Assembly: GCA_022483465.1 (NCBI GenBank)
Contig: JAKVNF010000004.1
Span: forward strand, 307,713 to 371,712
From: Lachnospiraceae bacterium
GTDB taxonomy: Bacteria > Bacillota > Clostridia > Lachnospirales > Lachnospiraceae
Direction: 5' to 3'
DNA length: 64,000 nucleotides
The notes below the pieces were generated by a model that did not search any database, was not told where the DNA came from, and was given only the letters and a program-made list of their open reading frames with translations. Numbering within the stretch: position 1 is the first letter of the stretch; the number at the start of each line of letters is the position of its first letter. The position numbers were made by a program, and so were the translations under genes. Below are positions 35,788-45,461 of this stretch, one piece after another.

Positions 35788-37804
35788 TTAACTTATTGAA
35801 CTTTTACACCCTAGGCATGCTTCTGGCATTGCCAGGAAGATCGGATATTGCCCGATCGATCATGTCCAGAGATACGCCACAGGGTGCAAGATCCTGACGC
35901 TGCATCTTGGTCAGTTTGTATCTGCGCTGATAGGTTCTGGTTGTCAGATCCCGATCGGCTGTGATCTCCTCGTACTGCTCTACAAGCGCTGGAACGGTAC
36001 TTCGCTTGCGATCTTTAACCCGAAGCTTTTCCGTCTTGGAAAAGATAAGGGCATGCAGGATGGAGGCTACAAACCAAATGAGACTCTTGGTGTGCAGGGA
36101 TGGCTCAGAGTGAACGCCCATCTTATCCATTCCGAGAGAGCTCTTCAGCGCGCGAAATGTTTTCTCAACGCAGTCGCGCCTGGACATCGCCAGCATTGCC
36201 TCTTTGGCAGACATCGGTTCACTAGACACAAGGACCATGTATCCGCATTTGTTGCTGGCACGATCAATGGCTTCCCGGTTTCGGGCGAAGGAATCGATCA
36301 CATAAGACGGAACCTCCTTGTCCTCGCCTGCTCCGCGGCCACGCTTCTTCACGATGAGGGTTCCCTCCTCGTGGCATTGGATGTCGAAATAGGTGCAGTC
36401 ACTGTCGAGTTCCTGTTTTGTCATTCGGGTGTGCCGCTTCTCGGCGTTCTGCAGCCGATGCTCTGCAGCGGCGACATACTTCATGAGGTCGTCGCGGTGT
36501 TTTCGCTCGAGCTCCCCGTCCCAGACGATGTGGAAGCAGGTATTCTGTTTGTCATCCTCGAACAGCTTTTGCGCAAATGAGAGGCCGAATCTTCCGGTTT
36601 CCTCATCATAGTTCTCCGTAATCTTCACTTCGCTGACATGGGCATCAAGGACTTCATCCACGATTCCCATGTTCTTTCGAAGCATCAGGATGAACCCAAG
36701 ACCTGCATTCCGCATCTCGGTAATATTCTCTTCCGAGACATATCCACGGTCCGCGATCATAATGATGTGGAATTTTACCTCTGTATCCAGGCCATCCTGC
36801 AGATTCTTCAGCTCGGTGATCATGTCGGATGCTTCGGCCATGTCGTTCAGCGAGCCCGGGAAGTTCTTGAACGTGACGGGCATGCCATCCCCCTGACGGA
36901 TTGTGTACTCAGTATTGACCTGGTCCTTATCCGGATCATCCTTGGCGTGGCCCTTCTGCACGATGAAGATGCCCTCTGCCTGCGAGTTTACGTTGGTAGA
37001 GTCATAGCAGACGAACACCCTGCCGTCATCGAGGACATGGCATGCCCATTTCTTCTTAAAGAGATTGATCCTGGAGACTGATATCTCTTCTTTCTCAAAG
37101 TCCGAGAGGAAGCTGTCGCTGCGGACGGATTCGGCAAAGAGCGCGTGGCTCTTTGCCCAATGGGGATAATGCTGAAAGACCGCAGATCTTGCTGACAGCA
37201 TGTACATCGCAAGGTCCATGATCAATTCTGTGTTGGCGCTGCCAAAGACCTCGGTCAGAAGATCCAACAGCTGAGATTCCCCAGCGAGAGTCTTCACCAC
37301 GGAGTACAAGCCAACCGAGATGCAGTCGGACCGTTCCGGGTACTCCGTATCAGCGGCAGGAGCAGGCAACTCCTGTGCAGGAGATGGTTCTCCCGAGGGA
37401 GTTTTACCATAGATCTTGTAGTAGGACTCGTTGGCATACATCCGCCGGTCGCTCTTCCAGTTAGAACCCGGATGCAGTGCCATACCGATGCACTGCTTTT
37501 TGTGATCTGCGTGCTTGCCGGTTCCGTTTTTACTGTCCACCCATTCGGTGGATGTATTGACATAGACATACCCAAGCTTGTTGACAGATACGCTGATTGG
37601 TATCTCTACGATGTTGCTTTCCGTCTTTGCAATGCGTGGCATAGTTGCTCCTTTACTAGGGTTTAATTATACCCTAGCGAAGAGCAACTTTCAAGTGTCA
37701 TGTGGTGTACAATTGCGGCCAGTTCTCCTTGATTTTCTCGGAAAATCAGGTCGTTAGGCAACTGTGTTTACACCCACTGGGGTGTAAACAGCGAATAAGT
37801 TAAG
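35788..37804 (-). mobile_element. IS copy B; a complete IS1634/IS4-like element of about 2.0 kb
   Basis: It has imperfect ~24-bp terminal inverted repeats (CTTAACTTATT...TTTACACC at both ends) and an intact 612-aa transposase ORF. Confidence 0.8.
35804..37642 (-). CDS. IS1634/IS4-like DDE transposase, copy B (intact)
   Basis: 612 aa, full length relative to copy A, with DDE-type blocks (VCYDSTN..., MIADRGYVSE...). Confidence 0.85.
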   Translation of the reverse strand: MPRIAKTESNIVEIPISVSVNKLGYVYVNTSTEWVDSKNGTGKHADHKKQCIGMALHPGSNWKSDRRMYANESYYKIYGKTPSGEPSPAQELPAPAADTEYPERSDCISVGLYSVVKTLAGESQLLDLLTEVFGSANTELIMDLAMYMLSARSAVFQHYPHWAKSHALFAESVRSDSFLSDFEKEEISVSRINLFKKKWACHVLDDGRVFVCYDSTNVNSQAEGIFIVQKGHAKDDPDKDQVNTEYTIRQGDGMPVTFKNFPGSLNDMAEASDMITELKNLQDGLDTEVKFHIIMIADRGYVSEENITEMRNAGLGFILMLRKNMGIVDEVLDAHVSEVKITENYDEETGRFGLSFAQKLFEDDKQNTCFHIVWDGELERKHRDDLMKYVAAAEHRLQNAEKRHTRMTKQELDSDCTYFDIQCHEEGTLIVKKRGRGAGEDKEVPSYVIDSFARNREAIDRASNKCGYMVLVSSEPMSAKEAMLAMSRRDCVEKTFRALKSSLGMDKMGVHSEPSLHTKSLIWFVASILHALIFSKTEKLRVKDRKRSTVPALVEQYEEITADRDLTTRTYQRRYKLTKMQRQDLAPCGVSLDMIDRAISDLPGNARSMPRV

Positions 37805-37812
37805 CATACCCC
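37805..37812. repeat. Right copy of the 8-bp target-site duplication CATACCCC
   Basis: The sequence reads ...CGAATAAGTTAAG|CATACCCCttttccgg. Confidence 0.75.
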
Positions 37813-37843
37813 TTTTCCGGCGCAGCGCGCCGGTGGGCCAACG

Positions 37844-37872
37844 TTGTACATTCTTTCTTCTTCCGGTATAAT
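37844..37872 (+). promoter_or_regulatory. Sigma-70-type promoter for the 37924 gene
   Basis: TTGTAC (37844-37849), a 17-nt spacer, then TATAAT (37867-37872). The RBS AGGAGA lies upstream of the ATG at 37924. Confidence 0.55.
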
Positions 37873-37923
37873 ACTTCGAAGAAGTTCCTGCCCCGAATCG
37901 AATCCTAGGAGAACAAACGCGCA

Positions 37924-40596
37924 ATGTATCCTTCCTATGTCATAACACGCCTCTTCTTTGAGGCGTCCTCCGTATTTTTCTGCGGAATCATCTGCCTGTA
38001 CCTGTTTCTGCTCTACCAGGAGACCACCCCCACCGTCAAGGTGTTCCGAAAGTTCTCCGTCACGGTCCTGGCTGAGAACATCATCGACCTGGTCTGCGGC
38101 TACCTGAATGGCACGGTGACCTACTGGAAAGTCCTAGTGGTGCCGGTCCCCGTCCTCATGCTCGTCAACCTGGTCGACGTGGTGGGCGGCGCCCTGTGCA
38201 GCTACTACTTTCTGCAGTACGCGGCGATCCACGCGGGGCAGAAACCGGACGACAGGATGCGCAATCTCCTGTCCCGACTCGTCGTCTTCGCCAACGGGCT
38301 CCTCATGTTCGTCAACCTCTTCAACGGCTGCGTCATGTCGATCCCCGAGGATGAGATCACGCTGCACCACGGTTCCCTCTACCTGGTCGGAATCTATCTT
38401 CCCTCGATGATTCTCCTCTTCTGGGGCATCCTCCTCATCCTGCGCCACTTTCGAAAATACTCGCTGACACAGCGGATTCTCCTTCTTGCCACCGCCTTTC
38501 TGGTCGCCCTCCTGATCTGGCTCCAGGCCGTCGTCACCGACGTGTACCTCGTGCTCTTTGCCGTCAGCCTGGGGGAGCTGGGCCTTCTCTTTACGCTGGA
38601 GACCCCCGACTACATGGCTCTGAAGAAGGCCCTCTCGAGACTGCAGAAGACCCAGGATACCCTGCGGGTCGCCAGGCAGCGGGCCGAGGACGCGAGCATC
38701 GCCAAGAGCGAGTTCATCATCAGCACCGCGGACCAGTTCCGCAACCCGATCTCCGCAATCCTGGGCTTCTCCCGGCTCATCGCCTCCGGCACCGCCGAGC
38801 CGAAGATCCGGGACTACGCCGAGAAGGTGCAGGAGGCGGGACAGCGCCTGCGGAAGGTCTTTGACAGCATCGTCTACTACACCGCATCGGACTACCATGA
38901 GGATGAGGCCTATGCGCGGCCGAAGGTTGCCTCCATCGAGGACAAGGAGCTCTTCACCGACTACATGGAGGAGTGGAGCACCTGGGAGTACGCCCAGAGT
39001 GAGGTGGGATCCGGCAGCAAAAAGGATGCGAAGGCAGCCAGGGAGCAGGACGTCCTCGCCTTTGCGCAGGCGAATGCCCCGGTGGAGGAGGGAAAATCCC
39101 TCTTCTCCCGCCCGGTCAGTGTCCTTGCCATCGACGACAACAACATGAACCTCTTCCTCATCAGCAACCGGCTGCGCCGCTTCGGCGCCCAGGCCGACAT
39201 CGCCAACAGCGCCGAGAGTGCCCTGTCCATGGCGGCGGAGAAGAGCTATGACCTGATCCTGTTGGATCGGCTCCTGCCCTCCATGAGCGGGCCGGAACTC
39301 CTGGAGGCGATGCGGGAGCAGAAGCTCTGCGAGGGAACTCCGGTCATCCTCATGAGTGCGGGGACCGGGGAGACCAGGGAGGAACTGCAGCGCGAGGGCT
39401 TTGCCGGGAGTCTTCCCAAGCCCTTTACGCTCCACCAGCTCCGGGACCTTTTGATTCAGGTCCTGCCGGACAGCGTCAACCGAGACCTTCCCGAGGTGCA
39501 GGAGGTGCTGTCCGGCAAAGAGGACGCCCCCAAGGAGGAGGAGACCGCGGAGCAGGCACCGGAGGAGGATGCGCCCGAGGAGAAGGAGCCCGTCATCCCG
39601 GCCTCCCTGCGCCCGGCACTCTGCCTCTGCGGACTGGTCCTGATCCTGGCCTACCTTCTCCTCATTACTCTCCTTGTGCGGGGGAATCTGCGGGTTCTTC
39701 CCATGGCAGTCGGCTGCGCCGGGTATCTGGTGCTTGATCTTCTCTACGGCAGGCTGATCGGCGCTTCCTTCAAAATAAGCACGCTTCTGCCGCTCCCGCT
39801 CCTTCTTCTGTGCATTCTGGCGGGGACCTTCGGCGCCCGCGACAGTGTGGCCTTCATCTTCTTCCCGGTCCTTCTGTTCACACCGCTGCTTTTGCAGCGC
39901 GCCTCCCCCGCCTGGAACCGCTGGGTGCTGCTTCTCTCCTCCGCGCTGTTTCTCTATCTGGACGATACCGTAAAGACCTGGGACCTCTTCTATAGGGACC
40001 TCATCCACACGGTATCTGCCCTGATCCTTGCGCTCGTCTTCTCCCTGGTGCTGCAGAGGCAGCGGAAGCGGGAGGAAGATCTCATTTCCCAGTACCGGGA
40101 ACTCTCCGAGTACGACCAGATGACCCACACGAAGAACTACGACCGGATGCGGGAGGACTTAAAGCCCATCTTCGGACAGAAGGTTACCTTCCTCTACACC
40201 TCCATCGACCGCTTCCGGCTGATCTGTGACACCTGCGGCACCCGGGAGGCCAACGATCTGCTCGCCTTCTTTGCCGCCACCCTCCAGAAGATCTTCGGGG
40301 AGGAGCACTGCTACCGGTACTACGGCGCGGTCTTCCTCGTGATCCAGCAGGATCTGTCCCTGGAGGAGCTGCGCAAAAAGTGCAGCGCGTTCGGCAGTGC
40401 CGTGTCCCGCTACGAGATCGCCCACCGCAGGCTCCACCCCACCTGCAGCGGCAGTTACGACAGGATCCTGCTCACCGGAGAGGAGGACCTGCAGAGCCTC
40501 AACCACCGGCTGGGCATGAAGCTCTACGAGATCCAGGCCCTGGGAAACAAGCGCTTCGAGCAGGCGGAGCGAAGCCCCTTCTCCGAGGGGGACTGA
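37924..40596 (+). CDS. Multidomain membrane signalling protein: N-terminal multi-TM sensor, His-less HisKA-like dimerisation domain, REC, second TM block, degenerate GGDEF-like domain
   Basis: The H-box position reads SEFIISTADQFRNPISAILGF, with no phospho-acceptor His, and no HATPase_c is recognisable. REC pattern VLAIDDNNMN...DLILLDRLLPSMSG...KPF. The C-terminal domain has the GGDEF position as YRYYGAVFLVI. Confidence 0.7.
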   Translation: MYPSYVITRLFFEASSVFFCGIICLYLFLLYQETTPTVKVFRKFSVTVLAENIIDLVCGYLNGTVTYWKVLVVPVPVLMLVNLVDVVGGALCSYYFLQYAAIHAGQKPDDRMRNLLSRLVVFANGLLMFVNLFNGCVMSIPEDEITLHHGSLYLVGIYLPSMILLFWGILLILRHFRKYSLTQRILLLATAFLVALLIWLQAVVTDVYLVLFAVSLGELGLLFTLETPDYMALKKALSRLQKTQDTLRVARQRAEDASIAKSEFIISTADQFRNPISAILGFSRLIASGTAEPKIRDYAEKVQEAGQRLRKVFDSIVYYTASDYHEDEAYARPKVASIEDKELFTDYMEEWSTWEYAQSEVGSGSKKDAKAAREQDVLAFAQANAPVEEGKSLFSRPVSVLAIDDNNMNLFLISNRLRRFGAQADIANSAESALSMAAEKSYDLILLDRLLPSMSGPELLEAMREQKLCEGTPVILMSAGTGETREELQREGFAGSLPKPFTLHQLRDLLIQVLPDSVNRDLPEVQEVLSGKEDAPKEEETAEQAPEEDAPEEKEPVIPASLRPALCLCGLVLILAYLLLITLLVRGNLRVLPMAVGCAGYLVLDLLYGRLIGASFKISTLLPLPLLLLCILAGTFGARDSVAFIFFPVLLFTPLLLQRASPAWNRWVLLLSSALFLYLDDTVKTWDLFYRDLIHTVSALILALVFSLVLQRQRKREEDLISQYRELSEYDQMTHTKNYDRMREDLKPIFGQKVTFLYTSIDRFRLICDTCGTREANDLLAFFAATLQKIFGEEHCYRYYGAVFLVIQQDLSLEELRKKCSAFGSAVSRYEIAHRRLHPTCSGSYDRILLTGEEDLQSLNHRLGMKLYEIQALGNKRFEQAERSPFSEGD

Positions 40597-40693
40597 ACAT
40601 CCTTGGAACGCAAAGATCCCGGCAGCGTGCGGAATGATCCGCACGTTGCCGGGGTCTTTTCGTTTACAGGGGAGAAACCTTCCGCAGTGGAGC

Positions 40694-42127
40694 TCAGGTG
40701 CTCTGCGCCTTTGCCGGTTTCTGCACCGAGGGCTCATCCTCGCGCAGCTCCCGATAGGTCTGGATGATCAGGATGAGGGAAATCACAAACGTCAGGACAT
40801 CCGAGACCGGCATGGAGTAGAGCACGCCGTTCAGGCCAAAGAAGTTGGGAAGCAGGATGGCGAAGCCGACACCGAAGACAATCTCACGGACCATCGAAAG
40901 GATCGTGGACTGCACGGCCTTGCCCATTGCCTGCAGGAAGATGAAGCAGCTCTTGTTGACGCAGGCCAGCACCAGCATGCACAGGTACGTCCGGAAGCTC
41001 TTGATGGCGAAGTCGGTGTAGTAGGAACTCTCGTTGGCGGCGCCGAAGATGGCGATCAGCTGTCTCGGGAAGAACTCCACGATGATCAGGCCGACAAGGC
41101 CCACCAGTGCCTCATAGGTGAGCAGTTTCGTGAACAGCGTGCGGACTCTTCTTCTCTTGCCGGCACCCATGTTGAAACCGACGATCGGGATGCAGCCCGC
41201 TGCCATGCCGACGACGATGGAGATGATGATCTGGAAGAACTTCATGACGATGCCGATGACTGCCATCGGGATCTGGGCGTACTGCTCCTTGCCGAAGACC
41301 GGGTCCAGTGCGCCGTACTTGCAGATCATATTGTTGATGGCTGCCATAGCGGCAACCAGGGAGATCTGAGACAGGAAGCTCGTGCCGCCCTGGGTGAGCA
41401 CCTTCCGGTCAATCTCTCCGGAGAGGGCGAAGTCACTCTTCTCCGGCTTGACCTGCTTCATGTGCACGAGATACCAGATCGAGAGCACAGCGGTCAGAAC
41501 CTGACCCATATCCGTTGCGACAGCGGCGCCCATCATGCCCCAGTGGGTGCCATAGATGAAGACCGGATCGAAGATGATGTTGACCACAGCGCCCGCAAGG
41601 GTTGCCACCATGGCAAAGCGGGGGCTTCCGTCGGCACGGATGACCGGGTTCATGGCCTGGCCGAAGACGTAAAACGGAATGCCCAGCGTGATGTAGAAGA
41701 AGTACTCATGGGACCGCTCAAAGGTCTCCTGGTTGACGGTGCCGCCGAACATGGCGATCAGCTGGTTCATGAAGATCAGGTACAGTGCGCAGATCACGAC
41801 ACCGGCGAGGATGCTCATGACCACCGAGTTGCCGACGCTCTTCTTTGCCGTTGCCCGGTCGTTCATGCCGAGGTTTAGGCTGACGAAGGCGCAGCAGCCA
41901 TCACCGATCATGACCGCAATCGCAAGGGCGATGACGGTCATCGGGTAGACGACGGTGTTTGCCGCGTTGCCATAGGAGCCCAGATATGTCGCGTTCGCAA
42001 TGAAAATCTGGTCCACGATGTTGTACAGGGCGCCTACCAGCAGGGAGATGATACAGGGCACCGCGTAGCCCCGCATCAGTTTCCCGACGGGTTCTTCCCC
42101 GAGAAATGCATTAGCTTTTGATTCCAT
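40694..42127 (-). CDS. MATE-family efflux transporter
   Basis: 477 aa with 12 TM segments and the N-terminal pattern GKLMRGYAVPCIISLLVGALYNIVDQIFI, typical of MATE/NorM-like proteins. Confidence 0.85.
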   Translation of the reverse strand: MESKANAFLGEEPVGKLMRGYAVPCIISLLVGALYNIVDQIFIANATYLGSYGNAANTVVYPMTVIALAIAVMIGDGCCAFVSLNLGMNDRATAKKSVGNSVVMSILAGVVICALYLIFMNQLIAMFGGTVNQETFERSHEYFFYITLGIPFYVFGQAMNPVIRADGSPRFAMVATLAGAVVNIIFDPVFIYGTHWGMMGAAVATDMGQVLTAVLSIWYLVHMKQVKPEKSDFALSGEIDRKVLTQGGTSFLSQISLVAAMAAINNMICKYGALDPVFGKEQYAQIPMAVIGIVMKFFQIIISIVVGMAAGCIPIVGFNMGAGKRRRVRTLFTKLLTYEALVGLVGLIIVEFFPRQLIAIFGAANESSYYTDFAIKSFRTYLCMLVLACVNKSCFIFLQAMGKAVQSTILSMVREIVFGVGFAILLPNFFGLNGVLYSMPVSDVLTFVISLILIIQTYRELREDEPSVQKPAKAQST

Positions 42128-42424
42128 TCTGTCCTCCTATTCTGCTGCAGAATTATAGATGCACGCAAAAAACGTGTGGCAATCAACTGGATTTACGCAG
42201 TGACTGCCACACGTTCGGTAATGATTATAACCATCCCGGATTCAATTTTCAAACCGATAATAATATGGTCTTTTCTACGAAATTTTTCTGTTTAACGCAT
42301 TACGGTTTCATCATTCTGCTATGTTGCCCCATGTGATCCCGTTTTCTGCGCCATTGCCCGGCGCCTCCCCGCATGCTACACTGTCCGAATGGTTCCAAAA
42401 TCTGATCACCGGAAAGGACAACCC

Positions 42425-43141
42425 ATGATACGGGCCATCCTGTTTGACAAGGACGATACCCTGCTCGATCTGACCGCGCTCTTTCGGGAGCCGGTGCGGC
42501 GCATGGCCCAGCGGGCAGCCAGGGAGCGGGGCTTTTCTGATACCCCCGCCTGGGAAGAAGCCGTGTTTTTGGCCTGCGGCATCGAGGGGGATCACAGCCG
42601 GGACGGCTCTCCCATCGTCTCCGGCACCGATCTCGACGCTGCAAAGACGCTGAACCCGCTCCTTGCCAAGCGGGGCCTTGCCCCGATCGACGCCAAAGAT
42701 TACTCCAGAATTCTCGAGCAGGCTTCCGCCATCGGGCAGGTGCGCCCCAAAAATGGGGAGGATCTCCCCCACTGGTTTTCCCACTGGAAAAAGAAGGGAC
42801 TCCTTCTTGGCCTCATCTCCTCCGATACAGAGGACGCCTGCCGCACCTGTCTTTCGCGGCTGAAAATCCTTCCCTTTTTCGACGACATCCTCGCCGACGG
42901 CCAGGGCCTTCCCCCAAAGCCGGACCCCGCGCTGGCACAGGCATTTCTTCGCCGCCACGCCCTCTCTCCCCGGGAGGCGCTCTACGTCGGGGATAGTGAA
43001 AGCGACATGCGCTTTGTCAAAAACGCCGGCATCTCCGGCATCCTCTACCGGCGTCCCGCCCCGGAAGTTCTGCCGGAGGGCGCTGCCGCCTGCATCAGCG
43101 CCTTCTCGGAGCTCGACGCCCTCTGCTGCAGGGAGGCGTAA
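42425..43141 (+). CDS. HAD-superfamily hydrolase (phosphatase)
   Basis: The start was refined to MIRAILFDKDDTLLD (HAD motif I DxDxT). Motif IV-like YVGDSESDMRF lies near the C-terminus. Confidence 0.8.
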   Translation: MIRAILFDKDDTLLDLTALFREPVRRMAQRAARERGFSDTPAWEEAVFLACGIEGDHSRDGSPIVSGTDLDAAKTLNPLLAKRGLAPIDAKDYSRILEQASAIGQVRPKNGEDLPHWFSHWKKKGLLLGLISSDTEDACRTCLSRLKILPFFDDILADGQGLPPKPDPALAQAFLRRHALSPREALYVGDSESDMRFVKNAGISGILYRRPAPEVLPEGAAACISAFSELDALCCREA

Positions 43142-43170
43142 GCGCCCCAAATTCTTCCACAGATAAAAAG

Positions 43171-43205
43171 CTGCCCCGGAGCCTTTGCCCCGGGGCAGTT
43201 TTCTG
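43171..43205. terminator. Bidirectional rho-independent terminator between convergent genes
   Basis: Stem ctgccccgg / ccggggcag. T-run on the plus side (ttttctgttct) and A-run before it (ataaaaag) serving the minus strand. Confidence 0.7.
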
Positions 43206-43221
43206 TTCTGATATTGGCCTA

Positions 43222-43863
43222 TCAGGCCTCGACTTCCACCTTCTCGAAGTCCGCTGCCCCGTGCTTGCAGATGGGACAGACGAAATCCGCGGGGAGCTCC
43301 GGTCCGTCGTAGATGTAGCCGCACACGGTGCAGCGCCAGACGGTCTTGGTCTTCTTTCCGGCCGCCGCCTGCTGGGGCTTCGGCTTGATGTGATCCTGGT
43401 AGTAGGTGTAGGTCGCGGACGGTGTGTAGTCGATCCGGTCCAGATCGGTGACCTGGGCGATGAACATCGTGTGGGTCCCAAGATCGATCGTCTTCTCCAC
43501 CACGCCGGAGAGGTAGGCGTTGGTGCCCGAAGTCACATACACCAGCCCGTTGGCGCTTCGCTCATAGTTTCCCTCAAAGCCCGCAAACTTGTCCTTCTCC
43601 CTTCCGGACTGGAAGCCGAAGCGCTGAAACAGCGCAAACTCCGCATCCTCCGCGATGACCGAGATGTTGAACTTTCCGTCTTTCTTCACCAGGTCGTGAG
43701 TGTAGTTGGACTTGTTCACGCAGATGGAGATGCGGTTCGGGTCGGAAGTGACCTGCCCTGCGGTGTTGATGATACAGCCGCTGTCCTCGTTGTGGATGCC
43801 GTCGCCCTTCGCCGTCAGCACAAACAGTCCGTATGTCAGTGAATACATTGCCTTCTGGTCCAT
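43222..43863 (-). CDS. Flavin reductase-like domain fused to a C-terminal rubredoxin (high-molecular-weight rubredoxin type)
   Basis: N-terminal flavin-reductase pattern (YGLFVLTAK...CIINTAGQVTSDPNRISICVNKSNYTHD). C-terminal rubredoxin motifs WRCTVCGYIYDG ... FVCPICKHG. Confidence 0.85.
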   Translation of the reverse strand: MDQKAMYSLTYGLFVLTAKGDGIHNEDSGCIINTAGQVTSDPNRISICVNKSNYTHDLVKKDGKFNISVIAEDAEFALFQRFGFQSGREKDKFAGFEGNYERSANGLVYVTSGTNAYLSGVVEKTIDLGTHTMFIAQVTDLDRIDYTPSATYTYYQDHIKPKPQQAAAGKKTKTVWRCTVCGYIYDGPELPADFVCPICKHGAADFEKVEVEA

Positions 43864-44084
43864 ATGATCCCCTTTCCCGCTCTACTCCCCAAAAGAGCAG
43901 CTGTCCATATCGCTGATTCCACAAGTTTACCGGAAACAGCAGCGGAAATCCAGTACAAGCTGTGAAAAGTGACGGTTTTTGCCGCCCGGTTTTGCCCACT
44001 GCCGATACCGGAGTATACTGGAGACCGTTGCTGATTTCGGAATTCACAGTACGCCTTCAGGGGCATACAGTCAGGGGGATGAAT

Positions 44085-45461
44085 ATGACACAATCTGCAG
44101 AACCGGGAAACCGCGCCTCTTTTTCCGGGAGAGTCGGCTACGTCCTTGCGGTGGCGGGCTCCGCCATCGGGCTTGGCAACATCTGGCGCTTTCCGTATCT
44201 TGCCGCAAAGTACGGCGGGGGGATCTTTCTCCTCGTCTATCTCGTGCTGACGCTGACCTTCGGCTACACAATGATCGTCTCAGAGACGGCGCTTGGCCGA
44301 ATGACAAAGCGAGGCCCCTCCGGCGCCTTTCAGGCCTTTGACGCCTCTCCCCTGGGAAAGTTCGGAGGCTGGATCAACGCGGTGATCCCCATGCTCATCG
44401 TCCCCTACTACAGCGTCATCGGGGGCTGGGTTCTGAAATACCTCGTCGCCTGCTTCACCGATGGGATCACCGCGCTGGCGCAGGAGGACTACTTTTCCAC
44501 CTTCCTTGCGGACTCCCCGCAGGTGGTGCTGTACTTTGTCCTCTTCTCGGCGCTGGTGTACGCCGTGATCCTCGCCGGGGTTAGGCGGGGCATCGAGCAG
44601 ATCTCCAAGGTCGTGATGCCCATCATGCTGCTCCTTGCCGTGATCGTCGCGGTCTACTCCTGCACGAGGCCCGGCGCCCTTGCCGGCATCGCCTATTTTC
44701 TGGTCCCGAACGTCCGGGACTTCTCCCTGATGACCTTTGCGACGGCGATGGGGCAGATGTTCTACTCGCTCTCGATCGCCATGGGGATCCTCTACACCTA
44801 CGGGTCGTACCTGAAAACCGACGTCGACATCGAGAAGAGCACCGGGGAGCTGGAGTTTTTCGACACCGGCGTCGCGATCCTGGCGGGTCTCATGATCATT
44901 CCCAGCGTCTTCTCCTTCTTTGGCGGGGACATCGGAAAGCTCCATGCGGGCCCGTCCCTCACCTTCATCACACTCCCCGCGGTCTTTGCCAGCATGCCCG
45001 GCGGCACCTTTGCCGCAGCCGCCTTCTTCCTGCTCTTTCTCCTCGCCGCGCTGACCAGTGCCATCTCCCTCCTGGAGACCAGCGTCAACACGTTTGAGGA
45101 CGGCCTGCACCTCACCCGGGGAAAGGCCAGCCTCCTGATGGGCGTCATCATGGCCGTCATCGGGATCTCCTCCTCCCTCGGCTTCGGAGTCTGGTCACAG
45201 GTGAAGCTCCTTGGCATGGACATCCTGGACTTCTTCGACTTTCTCACAAACTCCGTGATGATGCCCATTGCTGCGCTTGCGACCTGCCTCCTCATTCTGC
45301 GGAAGGTCGGCTTTGCCGCCATCGAGGCCGAGGTCGGCCAGTCCTCCCGCTTCCGGAGGAAGTCCCTCTACCGCTTCTGTCTCCGGTACCTGGCGCCGGT
45401 CTTCCTTGTCATCATTCTGGTGACCTCCGTTGCCTCTGCCCTGGGTCTTGTCACCATGTGA
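44085..45461 (+). CDS. Sodium-dependent transporter, SNF (neurotransmitter:sodium symporter) family
   Basis: Hallmark GSAIGLGNIWRFPYLAAKYGGGIFL near the N-terminus, with about 11-12 TM segments. The start was taken at the MTQSAEPG ATG after GGGGGA; the ATG two codons upstream is equally possible. Confidence 0.85.
   Translation: MTQSAEPGNRASFSGRVGYVLAVAGSAIGLGNIWRFPYLAAKYGGGIFLLVYLVLTLTFGYTMIVSETALGRMTKRGPSGAFQAFDASPLGKFGGWINAVIPMLIVPYYSVIGGWVLKYLVACFTDGITALAQEDYFSTFLADSPQVVLYFVLFSALVYAVILAGVRRGIEQISKVVMPIMLLLAVIVAVYSCTRPGALAGIAYFLVPNVRDFSLMTFATAMGQMFYSLSIAMGILYTYGSYLKTDVDIEKSTGELEFFDTGVAILAGLMIIPSVFSFFGGDIGKLHAGPSLTFITLPAVFASMPGGTFAAAAFFLLFLLAALTSAISLLETSVNTFEDGLHLTRGKASLLMGVIMAVIGISSSLGFGVWSQVKLLGMDILDFFDFLTNSVMMPIAALATCLLILRKVGFAAIEAEVGQSSRFRRKSLYRFCLRYLAPVFLVIILVTSVASALGLVTM

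Larger units (their letters stand above)
23938..37804. mobile_element. Composite transposon-like unit of 13.9 kb. Directly repeated IS1634/IS4-like copies bracket a sugar-utilisation operon and two further IS.
   Basis: The outer ends form an inverted pair: CTTAACTTATTGAACTTTTACACC at 23938 and its imperfect complement GGTGTAAACAGCGAATAAGTTAAG ending at 37804. The 8-bp direct repeat CATACCCC lies immediately outside both ends. The interior is visibly lower in GC than the flanks. Confidence 0.8.

Noticed and set aside
37817-37833. The GC-rich palindrome CCGGCGCAGCGCGCCGG just right of the composite transposon, considered as a terminator.
   Set aside because: No T-run follows it on either transcribed side. 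On the plus strand it lies upstream of the predicted promoter of the 37924 gene, and its function is undetermined.
43222-43863. The flavin reductase-rubredoxin fusion, considered as a possible novel fusion.
   Set aside because: This architecture (high-molecular-weight rubredoxin / flavin reductase-rubredoxin) is well known in anaerobic Firmicutes and is not unusual.
43864-44084. A 220-nt leader upstream of the SNF-family transporter, examined for a T-box or glycine riboswitch (it contains CTGGAGA...ACCG-like fragments).
   Set aside because: No T-box sequence (no ...GGTACCGCG-like motif) and no recognisable riboswitch core was found. The similarity is limited to short fragments.
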